From assembly GCA_001599295.1 (NCBI GenBank), contig BCGN01000003.1, positions 310,001 through 374,000 of the forward strand: a DNA stretch of 64,000 bases. The letters are read 5' to 3'. Position 1 is the first letter of the stretch. Each line of letters begins with the position of its first letter. Shown in pieces: positions 11,063 through 22,920 of this stretch. The notes beneath the pieces are model-generated. The model saw nothing but the letters and a program-made list of their open reading frames with translations, did not search any database and was not told where the DNA came from. The position numbers and the translations under genes are program-made. Source of the DNA: Sporopachydermia quercuum. Its lineage: Eukaryota.

Positions 11063-12802
11063 TTATATTTCCACCAATTCAACCTTGACACGATCGTTAG
11101 CAGTCAATCCATGCTCTTTACTTATTCGCTTTAGTTTCTTCTCTAATCCAACCATTCTATGCTTAACAGAAAAACTTGCTGTGCGATCATCATCAACATA
11201 TTTCAATTGAAGAGAAAACCTTTTGTTTTCCTTTTCAATAACAGAAAGGTCTAATGCACCTTCTTTCACATTCCCACCAGGGTAAACACCGCAAATAACA
11301 TGCATTATCCTTCCTATATATCTACTCCACCAAGCGAGTCGTTTAGCAGCTTTCACCTGGTCTCCAACTGATAATCCTCGCCAGGATATGTTATTATCGT
11401 TTTCATCAACAAGCCATACAAGTGATGATCTATATCTTTCTTCTGATTCACTTAATTCACCACCCCATCTTTCACATAGTGCCAATCCAATCATAGCTCT
11501 AGCTCTATGAGACAATCCATGAGTCCCACTAATAATTCCTGTAGTTGCAATTCTCAAAGCAGCTGAGCCTTGTAGATCTTTAGGATAAGAAGAATGAACG
11601 AATGCTAAATTAGCTAATGCCGCAGTGGTTCTATTGTAAATTTCCTCTGGAGCAAAAGTTGGTAAAGCTCTTCTAAGAAGGTCTAAGTACTTCTTAGCCA
11701 GCATTGGAGCATATGGTGATGATGCAACAATCAAAGGATCTTGCATACGTATTTCCTTTGGTAGTGATAAAAACAAATATCCTTCGCGAACTCCACCTTG
11801 AGCAAAATGAACTTTTTTCACTCTTGGAAGAGCTTGGCAGGCAGCACTAATTAGTAAAGAAACAGCAGGCAATTGAGCTCTACGTCTTTCTGATAATCTA
11901 AAGCCAGCTTCTACTAGTCTTGAAGTACCTCTCATAAATGTATCTTGGGCCAAAGCTTCAAACTTATTCCTTGGCACAGAAAAACCATTTATAATAGAAG
12001 ATATAGGGTAATTGCTTTGCTGATTCATCATAAGATAGCCAAATCCTCTAAAACCTCCTCCGCATACGTAAAGATTGAATCCTCCGGTTTTCTCTGCTTC
12101 TGCTCTGAAATCTCCAGGAATCTGAATATCACCAGTTGCTTTATACAAAGCAGAAGCTACTTCCTCTAGCACGGAGTTCATTGATTCAACTTGTAATCTT
12201 CTAGACAGTGCCGCAGCACCATAAGGCAAAGAAATAGGATTTGATGACAATTCAATTTCCCCATTTTTTGACTTGATCCAAGATAACTGGCATGACCCAC
12301 CACCTAAATCCATGAACAATCCTTCAAGCCTGAAGAAGGAAGATGCAACACCATGAGCGCCAATTGTAGCTTCTTCTTGTTTAGATAAAACTTGAACTTT
12401 CCAGCCTGTGGACTTAAAAATACAATCAACGAAGAATTTGGAATTTGGCGCTTCTCTTGTAGCTTCAGTTGCCACAACATTAATTCTCTTATTGTCTACT
12501 ATTCCAAAATCTTCGCATATAAGCTTGAATCGTCTCATTGAGACACAAATCTCATTAATAACTTCATCGGGAATGGGGCCCTTTTTACTTGGTTGAAGAT
12601 CTTCAGAGTCTGGGATTTCATCGTTATTATTTGAAATATATTGCGCATCAAATAGCGATATTCCAATACGATCCTGGTACACACAGGGAATAATTCTTGA
12701 ATGGTGAGGTGCTAATGAGGAAATAGAGAATCTAATACCATTAGACCCAATATCAACCATTGCCACTAAGGCATCGGCTATCTCATCAGCTTCAGATTTC
12801 AT
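11063..12802 (-). CDS. RTG2: Retrograde regulation protein Rtg2 (Ppx/GppA-family fold)
   Basis: VDIGSNGIRFSISS, VATEATREAPN, MDLGGGS, GGGFRG, GGVREG, GLSHRARAMIGLALCERWGG. Confidence 0.95.
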   Translation of the reverse strand: MKSEADEIADALVAMVDIGSNGIRFSISSLAPHHSRIIPCVYQDRIGISLFDAQYISNNNDEIPDSEDLQPSKKGPIPDEVINEICVSMRRFKLICEDFGIVDNKRINVVATEATREAPNSKFFVDCIFKSTGWKVQVLSKQEEATIGAHGVASSFFRLEGLFMDLGGGSCQLSWIKSKNGEIELSSNPISLPYGAAALSRRLQVESMNSVLEEVASALYKATGDIQIPGDFRAEAEKTGGFNLYVCGGGFRGFGYLMMNQQSNYPISSIINGFSVPRNKFEALAQDTFMRGTSRLVEAGFRLSERRRAQLPAVSLLISAACQALPRVKKVHFAQGGVREGYLFLSLPKEIRMQDPLIVASSPYAPMLAKKYLDLLRRALPTFAPEEIYNRTTAALANLAFVHSSYPKDLQGSAALRIATTGIISGTHGLSHRARAMIGLALCERWGGELSESEERYRSSLVWLVDENDNNISWRGLSVGDQVKAAKRLAWWSRYIGRIMHVICGVYPGGNVKEGALDLSVIEKENKRFSLQLKYVDDDRTASFSVKHRMVGLEKKLKRISKEHGLTANDRVKVELVEI

Positions 12803-13496
12803 ATTCGGATTTCGGCCACTGAAAGGTAAAATTGATATTAATGATGATTATGGCAATCAATGCTAAGTGGGAATGTATTTCAGCACGTTATAACTGCTTC
12901 TAAGGACTAGTGGTGAGTGAACCGCTGCACTATCTTCAGGCACACGATGGAGACACGACTGCTTGCTCACCGTACAACAAAAACTATAGAGATAGAACGA
13001 TAAAAATTATAATGTAAGTCAAGCAATTTATCTAAAATACGCCACCTCATTCAATATCAAGACCCTGCTGTTCGTAGGTTAAAATATAAACTATCAGTAC
13101 TTTCCTTGATAGTAAGTCAGGTCTTATCTATCTATTAGCCTAATTGCCTGATGAGAATGGAAAAATACTTATGGTTGTAGTTGGTTTTGTATCAACTGTC
13201 CCATAACAGGGCATAAAGGATATATGAGATGAGAAGGCGAGAAGTTGTGACGTGATAAGTGAAATTATAACTTCCGTCTTATATGGGGTGTTAGTGTAAT
13301 CACACCCGTACATACCGCAAAGGCAAAAGAAGAATTGATTAACTGGTAGATAGTATAATATAAGAATTGTGATGATTTAGATACGATAATAATGTCATTG
13401 GCAAGGTGTATACAGCATATTGCATTATCGGAAGTACAAGTGTTTGGAGTTGATACTAATGCATGAATGCTTTAAAAGTTGATAATCTGGAGAATT

Positions 13497-13942
13497 ATGG
13501 ATAGACCCGCAGCACCAGCATATCAAGAAGCTCANGCTGGACAGTTAACGAGGCAAGATAGTCAGAGTAGCTACGATGATGAATCGGAATACGAAACTGT
13601 GAGCATTTGGAGATACTTTATAAATCGTTATGGTGGACTAAAGAATATATTTGCTTCACTCTCGATCAATCTTCTACTGCCATTCATTGCTGGTGTGATG
13701 GGCGGTCTTGGTGAGATTTGTGCTCATGAATTAGCTTACAAGTTTGGATGGGATCTAACATGGGTAAGTATTTATAAAATTTGAATTATGTAAACAATGG
13801 TCATAAATCTAACAAACTGGACATCTAGGGTATTCGAAAAGAAAATATAAGACGAGCACCATCGGCTCGGAAGATTGGTCCTGGTGTCATATCTGTCCAG
13901 AAGAAGCAAGCGGAAAACGTAGAGAAAGGGGCAGAGGTTTAA
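13497..13942 (+). CDS. MIM1: Mitochondrial outer-membrane insertase Mim1 (Tom13), 2 coding exons: 13497-13763, 13829-13942
   Basis: SINLLLPFIAGVMGGLGEICAHELAYKFGW matches the Mim1 TM signature. Intron 13764-13828 (GTAAGT...CTAAC...TAG) gives the C-terminal exon GIRKENIRRAPSARKIGPGV... Start codon uncertain. Confidence 0.85.
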
Positions 13943-14013
13943 ATATTTGATATTACAAATTAATAGTATACAATCTAAAAGCAATGGGGAATATTTAAGG
14001 AATTCTGAAATAG

Positions 14014-14517
14014 CTATGATACAGCAGCTTTTTCTTCAAAAGAACGATACTCAGGATCTTTTCCTATAGGGTACCTTTTTTCGGCTGTACATTTGCATTG
14101 CTCAACGAGAATGTCAGATTTTGGTGACTGATTTTTGCTTTGATTCTTTAGTTCAACAGATGATGTTACTCCAGGAACTAATATACGATCGCATTTCTTG
14201 CAAATTGTTCTTTTCATTAGTGGTGCACTATTTGATGTTAGCTTAATGTATTTGTTGATCAATAGTAATATAGTTGAATTATAATTATGTAAATAGAATG
14301 ATACTTACAGTTTAGTTACTGATTTTTGAGATACAGATGTTAGAACTGACGAGTAAGCCCTTGATAAGGTATCATGATTTCGATTTCCTGCCTTCAGGGT
14401 CATTAAAGAGGAAAGTTGATACAAATAATTGATTCTTTCATTATGATCCCTGTTGACTACTGTTCGAGCTTTGGGCTTCTTAGCCTTTATGATTTCACAG
14501 TCTTGATACCGTTTCAT
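14014..14517 (-). CDS. RPR2: RNase P subunit Rpr2/Rpp21, 2 exons: 14517-14309, 14227-14014
   Basis: ERINYLYQLS joined through intron 14308-14228 (GTAAGT...GCTAAC...TAG) to KLAPLMKRTICKKCDRILVPG and CKC zinc ligands. Confidence 0.88.
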
Positions 14518-15149
14518 AATAGATTCTATATCTTCATATTTGAAGATAACTATCAACCTATTGACACCATAAAAAACACGACAATCAAATAGTTATCTTT
14601 GTCAACCGAAGAAGAAGTGGTTTGAACAGGAGTAGAAGAAAAATAAATTTATAAGATTCGATAGAAAAATTGCCCTGCTTTGAGGTAGAGTAAACCGGAA
14701 GTTATTTTAAAGTTATATCGGAATCTATATGTATTAAGTTTTCCGATTCTCTATAATATAAACTCAGAACCGATAGTCCATTGTGCATAGCTATTGGGTT
14801 GTGTTGTTTCATCCATGCTTGGAATGAACATATCTATTATAAATATGAGATAAATATAAAAGTTTTTTATACTATCATCTAGTATTGAAGTTCCCAAATA
14901 TAAATAATGTGTATTTGTCCTCTTTTCTTCTGATCTTATCGCTTGACTTCTTGTAAACAGGGTAACTTAAAGCAAGGGAATCTCGAGACTGGCCCNTGAT
15001 ATCTTTCAATGGCAAAAACGAAAGGTAAACTTCAATGTTGGGTTATCAAACAACCACACATTTATCAAAATGTCAATAAAAAGAAAGGATTAATCAGCAT
15101 CAGAAAGCCGATCAGATGTCAATTAAAGAGGCTTTTCAAGGATTTCATA

Positions 15150-16090
15150 ATGAGTGGATACGATAGTGCTTTGTCAATTTTCAGGTATGTTTGTTATGGT
15201 GTTATATGGGGACAATGAGACGAATGGTCTTAAATTGAGAACTCAGGCAAATTGTGTTCCAATTGATTAAAGTATAGACTACTAACATTTTGGCTAATAG
15301 TCCCGATGGACATGTTTTCCGTAAGTTTAAGAATTACAGGTTGAAATGGTGTTGTGTTTGAAATAAAGAGTGTAACTAACTATAGATAGAGGTGGAGTAT
15401 GCCCTTGAAGCTGTTAAGAGAGGTACTTGTGCTGTAGCAGTGAAAGGCNAAGGTGCAGTTGTTTTAGCATGCGAAAGAAGATCTACATTAAAATTACAAG
15501 ATCCCCGAACATCTCCATCAAAGATTTGTGCAATTGATGAACATATTCTATTAGCATTTGCTGGATTGAACGCTGACGCCAGAGTACTTATTGACAAGGC
15601 CAGGGTGGAAGCACAATCTCATAGATTAAATCTTGATGATCCTATTTCCGTAGAAAGACTGTCACGATATGTTGCAGGAGTGCAACAAAGATATACTCAA
15701 GCAGGCGGCGTTCGACCGTTTGGTATTTCAACCTTAATTGTCGGTTTTGAAGGAGATGAAGGCAAAGTATTTTTGACAGAACCATCAGGAATATACTCAT
15801 CCTGGAAAGCGAATGCTATTGGAAGAAGTAGTAAGACTGTACGGGAGTTTCTAGAAAAAAATTATAAGGAAGAAATGTCGAAAGAAGAAGTAGTTAATTT
15901 GACAGTGAAAAGTTTGTTGGAAGTTGTTCAAACTGGTGCTCGTAATATTGAAGTTGCTGTGATTTTGCCAGATTCTGTGGAACGTCTCGATGACGAAGAA
16001 ATTGTTAAGTTTGTTGAAGCAATAGAAAAAGAAAAGGCAGAAGAAGAGGAAAAGAAGAAGAAGAAGCGTCCAACTAGTTCATCATCATAG
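15150..16090 (+). CDS. PRE6: 20S proteasome subunit alpha4, 3 exons: 15150-15184, 15301-15320, 15390-16090
   Basis: Spliced N-terminus MSGYDSALSIFS|PDGHVFQ|VEYALEAVKRGTCAV; AGLNADARVL, YTQAGGVRPFG, LLEVVQTGA. Introns 15185-15300 (GTATGT) and 15321-15389 (GTAAGT) both carry ACTAAC. Confidence 0.95.
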
Positions 16091-19000
16091 ATGTCAGTCA
16101 TGTTTTGCTAGTGTCATAATTTCACATTTAACAATCTGATAAAACTGAAACACCTCCAAAGACTCTACAGTTGGCACTGACCTTGTCAATTACCGGCTGT
16201 TGATAGATATAGATATGTGTATTTATATCATCATGTTACAAATTTAATCATAATAAGTAGAATCTAGTGGTTGTAGGTCGTGTTCTTAATAGGTCCTCAA
16301 ATTTCGGAAGTCTAGTTAGAACCTCGAAATGCGATCTGCGAAATGNTGATATGATTTTAGCTTACGTAATCCTTTTATAATAGAGTATCTCATCTCATCT
16401 CAATTGATGCGTCTATTTCAACTATTAACTATTTCAAACTATTTATTACTGCTGTTTTTAGTGATGTGATCTTTATAAACATAGGATATACCGTTACAAC
16501 GCTTCTGGAAAGAAGTCTGTAATTACTCTTGGAGTATCTTAGTTTATGCATTATTGCGCACGTGAATTATACAGATACAGTTTGGATCTCCAATAATGTC
16601 TTTCATAAACTTATCTGTCCCTGGGAAATTTACTTCAACGACGGGTGGAGCACGAGTGAAATATAATAAAGAATCTTTGTAAACGTTGATCTATAGGAAA
16701 ATTATATNGTATACAATATTAGAAAATGCAATTGTTTATATCCCCTTTTTTTATTGCATTGCATCAAACCAGTTTAGTTCTGCAGGGTAATCTGAAAAAT
16801 CTATTGCTGCATCTGTTCGTGCGATAACCTTTCACTGATTGCAAGTCATGATTAATTCATTTCGGCTCAGGAATGATTCTCTGAATCTAACTCATATGTA
16901 CATGATCAGGAACTGCTGAGAATTTCTAGTATTCTGATAATCCGAACACATGAATCTCCAATATAGTAAATAATCCCGCAGATCGTCTTGGTATCTTGCA
17001 TGTCCTGTTATTGGTTTTTGATATACTAATCATACTAACCAACAAGCTAACGGTTTACACTTCTCCAATTGTTGTTCCTCATTCCTCAAATAATACTAGA
17101 AAAAACCAGGCTATACAAACAGTTACANCTTCTTTCTCTCCCTCACTTTTGTTCATGTGAAACTCCTTTCTTATTCTTCAACTAGATTTTGATTATTCAA
17201 ACACTTTCTACAACTCCTGGTTACTTTGAACTGATTCAGTTCGTTATTCGTCAAGGACTTATTGAAACTTCATTCAATCAAAGAGTAAGAACAGGAGAGA
17301 AAGGAAACAGTAAGTACGGAAGGTTCAGTTAACTGTAATCTTAACCTATGATTTAGCGCAATTCTTTATTTAAAGTTCGTACAGAAAGCTGGTTTTTGAT
17401 TTTCTTTGTCTTGTCTTATTGTGCCATCTCCACACAATCAATTGACTCCAACAATAATCAGAAAAAGGGTCTATCGACGGATTAATTGAATGTATCACTT
17501 GCTTTACTGCAGCAGCACATTGATGAAATGGAATGGCAATGGAGATGCTATGGCTGAATTAGGTTGTTTCACCAAACCATGCAGCTTTGTCAGGATTACT
17601 TATATTTTTGTTATCACTAGGAAATAATCTGGCAAACGTTTGATAGTACTGTACTCATCAAGGAATTTAGAGTACCTCGAGCGTGATAGCAAGTTAAAGC
17701 CAATATCATCAACCACTTCATTGATAAGNGCAGTCAAAAAAACCTTCCGGTGTATAATTATTCTATTCGTAGGCTTTCCAAGAAATGTGTTTTTGATGAT
17801 TAAAGTAATCTATTAATCTGATAAATACTTAACAAAGTGTATCTACTCAATGTTTCCTTCTTCATTTGTTCTCTATGTCAGATCTGGAAAGACTCTTAAT
17901 TCGCAAATACAAGAATTCATATCAAAGATTGATGGTTTTATAGCTATGATGAGCAATATAACAGAGGAGTGTTACCTCGTTTGACACTATAGATAGTAAT
18001 ACTTTGACACGGTTGTACAGGGTAGCTTCATATTTCATTCACCATTTCAAAAGAAAATGATTATATTCACATTGTTCCCTAAAACATGTTCCCTAAAATA
18101 GGGGGACTTCCCAGTGGCTTTAGAAGGCGAATAGAAATAAAATAGAACAGAATGCAGTTGATGGTTTGATGGAGGCTGCAAATGAGGGTCTATTCATATA
18201 CTTAATGTGGGATGATGTATCTTCTGCAGCATAGAAACTCAATGGCCCATAACATAGAACTACACTTCAATAGAATTAGTATTCACATTAGCAGGAGAAA
18301 CTGTCTGAAAGAAGTTATTAAGACCCATTCAAGTAAACAGACTAATATCATTGCTTTGCAATAGAGAACTGTTCTTGTTATATTCAAGTATATATGTTAA
18401 CCATATGTCAATGGCAACCGATCCTGCAAGTCTCTCTTGCAATAGAGTTCTGCAGATTCTCAAAGTCGAAAGCTTAATTGAAAGCAGCCACATCAATTGA
18501 GTACAAAAATCTATAATGAGAAGCTTGATGAATCAATCTCGTTTTATGTTTGAAGAAATGACAAAAAAAATTGAAACTTCTCGGGTTTATTAGTATTTCT
18601 GCCCTTCAATGTATAGATTGTATAAAGGAAAATATTTCGGATTGCATTAGAAAAGTAATTTGAATCTCATGTATGTATATAAGACATACAGAAAATTCGC
18701 CATACAAGTTCATGTTGGGTGGTTCATTGGTTACAGCCACTCATTCTTCAATCTTTTTCTATACAAACATACCAACTGATCTACCACTTACACTCAGGAA
18801 AAATTAAACCACCAGCTCTTTTATTTAATATTTGATAGAGTATCCTTATATACTATACATAAATGGGTTCATTATCCCGTCAAATGATCTTCCAATATTC
18901 CCAAGCTTCTTCGCGTCAATCTGCACAACTTCTACCACCAGCTAACAGTTCGAATATAGTTTACGTACAACACTCCTATCACTCTGTAAATATGAACTTA

Positions 19001-19245
19001 AATGCCAAATCTTAAATGTAAACTTAAAGCTTAAATCACAGACCACAATTGACCTCAGAGGTTTCTTTGTTCGCATCTTTCGTTTCTGTCTCCTTTCTGA
19101 GGATCTTCTTCTTCTCTTTCTCTATCTTGTTCATTTTAAAGGCAAGCTTTGCTAGACCTCATTAAATACCAACAATTGCTTTATTTACAATCCAATTCTG
19201 CTTTCTATTGACTTGTCAAGTAAGCTAGAATTTCTTTTCAACTCG

Positions 19246-19384
19246 GTAAGTATGTTAGATTTCTATAGACTGACACCTCAAGCAGTTTTCCATATAGCTA
19301 GAGACGAAAGGACGACTGAGATACTGATCGTTAAATACCCATGACCTATCATCCAACATATGAACTAACCACAGAATACTATAG
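19246..19384 (+). other. Probable 5'-UTR intron of GPH1
   Basis: GTAAGT at 19246, AACTAAC at ~19363, acceptor TAG ending at 19384 (alternative CAG at 19374), 30 nt before the ATG. Confidence 0.6.
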
Positions 19385-19414
19385 ACTTCAATCCTATAAT
19401 AAATACANTTGAAA

Positions 19415-22018
19415 ATGTCATTTTTCAATCGGAACTATGTTGACGAGGATGAAGCTGTGTTACCAGCACCTCGTCGTCATAAGAGAACTTTTACCGGGTT
19501 CACACCAAGAGAAATTAAGAATATTGATGCCATTATTCCAGTTGAGTCTCGTAATGCATGGAAGAAATTTGCCGTAGAGGAATTCAGCAATAAAGAAGAA
19601 TTCCAACGGGATTTTGTTCATCATGTTGAAACAACACTGGCTAGATCTTTATATAACTGTGATGAATTAGCTGCTTATCAAGCTGCATCCCATGCTCTTA
19701 GAGATCGTCTAATTGTTGCTTGGAACAAGACTCAACAACGTCAAACTCTTCGAGATCCAAAGAGAATTTACTACCTTTCTTTAGAATTTCTTATGGGTAG
19801 AGCTATGGATAATGCCATGCTTAATACTGGTGTTAAGGGCATTACCGATGAAGGTGTTAAAGAATTGGGTTTCCATCTTGAAGATTTGTTGGAACAAGAA
19901 CCAGATGCCGCACTTGGTAATGGTGGTTTAGGAAGATTGGCCGCTTGTTTTGTTGACTCGTTGGCTACGGGAAACTATCCAGGTTGGGGTTACGGTATCA
20001 GATATGAATATGGTATTTTCAAGCAAAATATTGTTGATGGTTATCAAGTTGAACAACCTGATTACTGGCTTACTTTCAGCAACCCTTGGGAAATTCCTCG
20101 CTATGAAATCTCTATTGATATTATGTTCTATGGTCATGTGAAGAANTCCACTGACGATAAGGGAAACTCCAAATCGTCTTGGGAAGGTGGTGAATTAGTC
20201 CAAGCTGTTGCTTATGATTGCCCAATTCCTGGTTATGACACTGAAAACGTCAACAACTTACGTTTATGGTCTTCGAAACCAACCCGAGAGTTTGACTTTG
20301 CTAAATTCAATGCTGGTGACTACGAATCATCTGTTCGTGAACAACAGAAGGCTGAAACTATTTCTGCTGTCCTGTATCCTAATGATAACTTCTATTCCGG
20401 TAAGGAATTGAGATTGAAGCAACAATATTTCTGGGTCGCTGCCTCCTTACACGACATTGTTAGGAGATTCAAGAAGTCTAAGAGACCTTGGAGTGAATTC
20501 TCTGACCAAGTTGCTATCCAACTTAACGATACACATCCTACATTAGCAGTTGTTGAATTACAACGTATTTTTGTTGATTTGGAACATTTGGATTGGGATG
20601 AAGCTTGGGGTATTGTTACCAAGACTTTCGGTTACACCAATCATACTGTCTTACCTGAAGCTTTAGAGAAATGGCCAGTTGAATTGATTGCTAACTTATT
20701 ACCAAGACATTTGGAAATCATTTACAACATCAACTTGTTCTTTTTACAATTTGTTGAGAAAAAGTTCCCTGGTGAACGTGACTTGTTGGCCCGTGTTTCA
20801 ATCATTGAAGAATCAAACCCAAGACAAGTTCGTATGGCTCATTTGGCTATTATTGGTTCTCACAAGGTCAATGGTGTTGCTGAACTTCATTCTGATTTGA
20901 TTAAGACCACTATTTTCAAGGATTTTGTAAAGATCTACGGTGCTGATAAGTTCACCAATGTTACAAACGGTGTTACACCAAGAAGATGGTTAAGACAAGC
21001 TAATCCTGAATTAGCTTCTTTGATTGCTTCAAAGCTTGGTGGCTATGACTACCTTAAACACCTGAACAAGTTGAAGGAAATTGAAAAGTATGTTGATGAT
21101 GCTGATTTCATTGAAAAATGGGTTGCTGTTAAGAAACAAAACAAGGCCAAGCTTGCTGCTTTGATCAAGAAGCTTACCGGTATTGAAGTTAGTTCTGATG
21201 CCTTGTTTGACATTCAAGTTAAGCGAATTCATGAATATAAACGTCAACAGCTTAACATTTTTGGTGTTATTCATAGGTACCTATGGTTGAAGTCTCTCAG
21301 CCCTGAAGAAAGATCTAAGCAACAAGCCAAGGTCTCCATCTTTGGTGGTAAATCTGCTCCTGGTTATTATATGGCTAAGACTATCATTAAGTTGATCAAC
21401 TCTGTCGGTGAAGTTGTGAACAAGGATGCCGATATTGGAGATCTCTTGAAGGTTGTTTTCATTCCTGATTACAACGTCTCCAAGGCAGAGATCATTATTC
21501 CTGCTTCTGATTTATCTGAACATATTTCAACTGCTGGTACTGAAGCTTCTGGTACATCTAACATGAAGTTCGTCTTAAATGGTGGTCTTATTATTGGTAC
21601 CGTTGATGGTGCTAATGTTGAGATTACTCGTGAAATTGGCGACAACAACATTTTCTTGTTCGGTCATCTTGCTGAAGATGTTGGAGACATCAGATATAAG
21701 CATACATACACTAATGATTTCCAGCTTGATCCTGAATTGGCCAAGGTATTTGCTGCCATTGATGAAGGTACTTTCGGTGATCCTAACATCTATTACTCTT
21801 TACTCAATGCTGTTAGAGATCATGGCGATTTCTATCTCGTTTCTGATGACTTCCAATCTTATCTCAATGCTCAGAAGCTGGTTGATGAGGCTTATAAGGA
21901 CAAGGCTGAGTGGAGTAAAAAGACTATTTTGGCTGTTGCTAATATGGGTTTCTTCTCTTCTGATAGATGTATTGATGAATATGCTGAAAGTATTTGGAAT
22001 GTTGAAACATTGGAGTAA
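19415..22018 (+). CDS. GPH1: Glycogen phosphorylase
   Basis: GNGGLGRLAACF, LNDTHP, QVKRIHEYKRQ, PLP motif EASGTSNMKF, N-terminal phospho-site region RRHKRTFTGF. First ATG at 19415. Confidence 0.98.
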   Translation: MSFFNRNYVDEDEAVLPAPRRHKRTFTGFTPREIKNIDAIIPVESRNAWKKFAVEEFSNKEEFQRDFVHHVETTLARSLYNCDELAAYQAASHALRDRLIVAWNKTQQRQTLRDPKRIYYLSLEFLMGRAMDNAMLNTGVKGITDEGVKELGFHLEDLLEQEPDAALGNGGLGRLAACFVDSLATGNYPGWGYGIRYEYGIFKQNIVDGYQVEQPDYWLTFSNPWEIPRYEISIDIMFYGHVKXSTDDKGNSKSSWEGGELVQAVAYDCPIPGYDTENVNNLRLWSSKPTREFDFAKFNAGDYESSVREQQKAETISAVLYPNDNFYSGKELRLKQQYFWVAASLHDIVRRFKKSKRPWSEFSDQVAIQLNDTHPTLAVVELQRIFVDLEHLDWDEAWGIVTKTFGYTNHTVLPEALEKWPVELIANLLPRHLEIIYNINLFFLQFVEKKFPGERDLLARVSIIEESNPRQVRMAHLAIIGSHKVNGVAELHSDLIKTTIFKDFVKIYGADKFTNVTNGVTPRRWLRQANPELASLIASKLGGYDYLKHLNKLKEIEKYVDDADFIEKWVAVKKQNKAKLAALIKKLTGIEVSSDALFDIQVKRIHEYKRQQLNIFGVIHRYLWLKSLSPEERSKQQAKVSIFGGKSAPGYYMAKTIIKLINSVGEVVNKDADIGDLLKVVFIPDYNVSKAEIIIPASDLSEHISTAGTEASGTSNMKFVLNGGLIIGTVDGANVEITREIGDNNIFLFGHLAEDVGDIRYKHTYTNDFQLDPELAKVFAAIDEGTFGDPNIYYSLLNAVRDHGDFYLVSDDFQSYLNAQKLVDEAYKDKAEWSKKTILAVANMGFFSSDRCIDEYAESIWNVETLE

Positions 22019-22920
22019 TAAAGTAATTAGGACTTATTTATGAATGATCTAGTTATTTAGTCATATATTTACCACGCCGTGAGTGTTTTCTTTTGTTTCA
22101 TTTCTATTGATTAGACACAGTTAATAAAACTTTGCTTTGTTATTACTTCGATTGATGAATGTACTGTAGCAATGGACTGGTAGGTAGAAGCATGATTNGA
22201 GCAGTAGAATTGTTCTAAGAGCAAAATACAGTACTTCATATAGTAAGTCAACATTTCCTGCAGTTCTTAAATAACAAATTACCACTCCATTGAAGTATCG
22301 ACAAATTTGATTGTACTCATTGTAAATCAATCAGCTTGTTGTCAACNCACTTGGCACTAGTCATCTGTATGAAACATGTAATAGCAGAAGGTGTATGTTA
22401 TGTTCATGCATAATTCATGCATTCTAAATGCTTATTGCATATGATTGCCCTGCAGGTCTTCAACAGATACAATGAGCATTATACTTATTTACACAACCAA
22501 ATCATCCAGATACCATCCCTTTAATATATTAGTCCTCGGGCTCTCAAATATCCTATCTTTAATAATGAAAGCTTGCCTTTGATCGTTCTCTCTCCATCTT
22601 TCATTCTTACTAGATCCTTCTCTTACATCCCACACAACCTAAATCATGCAAAACAAATGCACCCCGAGACGAGTTGTCATGTCTCCTAATCACCGAATTA
22701 ATTGACCTCTGTTGATGTTCCTTATTTAAAATCACCAAGTATAAGAAGGTCTTCGATAAACGGATTCAAACATTGCTACGAATCGTTATTTCTTCTATCA
22801 ATATACAAAATATCAATTGCTGACTATCTGGTTGCTATACAAAAAATATTGAATATTTCTTTTCTTGCCAGGTAGATACCATAGTGAATCTTGACCACGA
22901 GGAATTGAACCTTTGAGACG

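Noticed and set aside
2611..16090. Lon, RPN7 and PRE6 as a proteolysis cluster
   Set aside because: Interspersed with unrelated genes; such proximity is plausible by chance in a compact yeast genome.
22739..22871. Possible 5'-UTR intron before the Bsp1-like gene
   Set aside because: A good-looking acceptor, but a weak donor (GTATAA) and a branch far from the AG.
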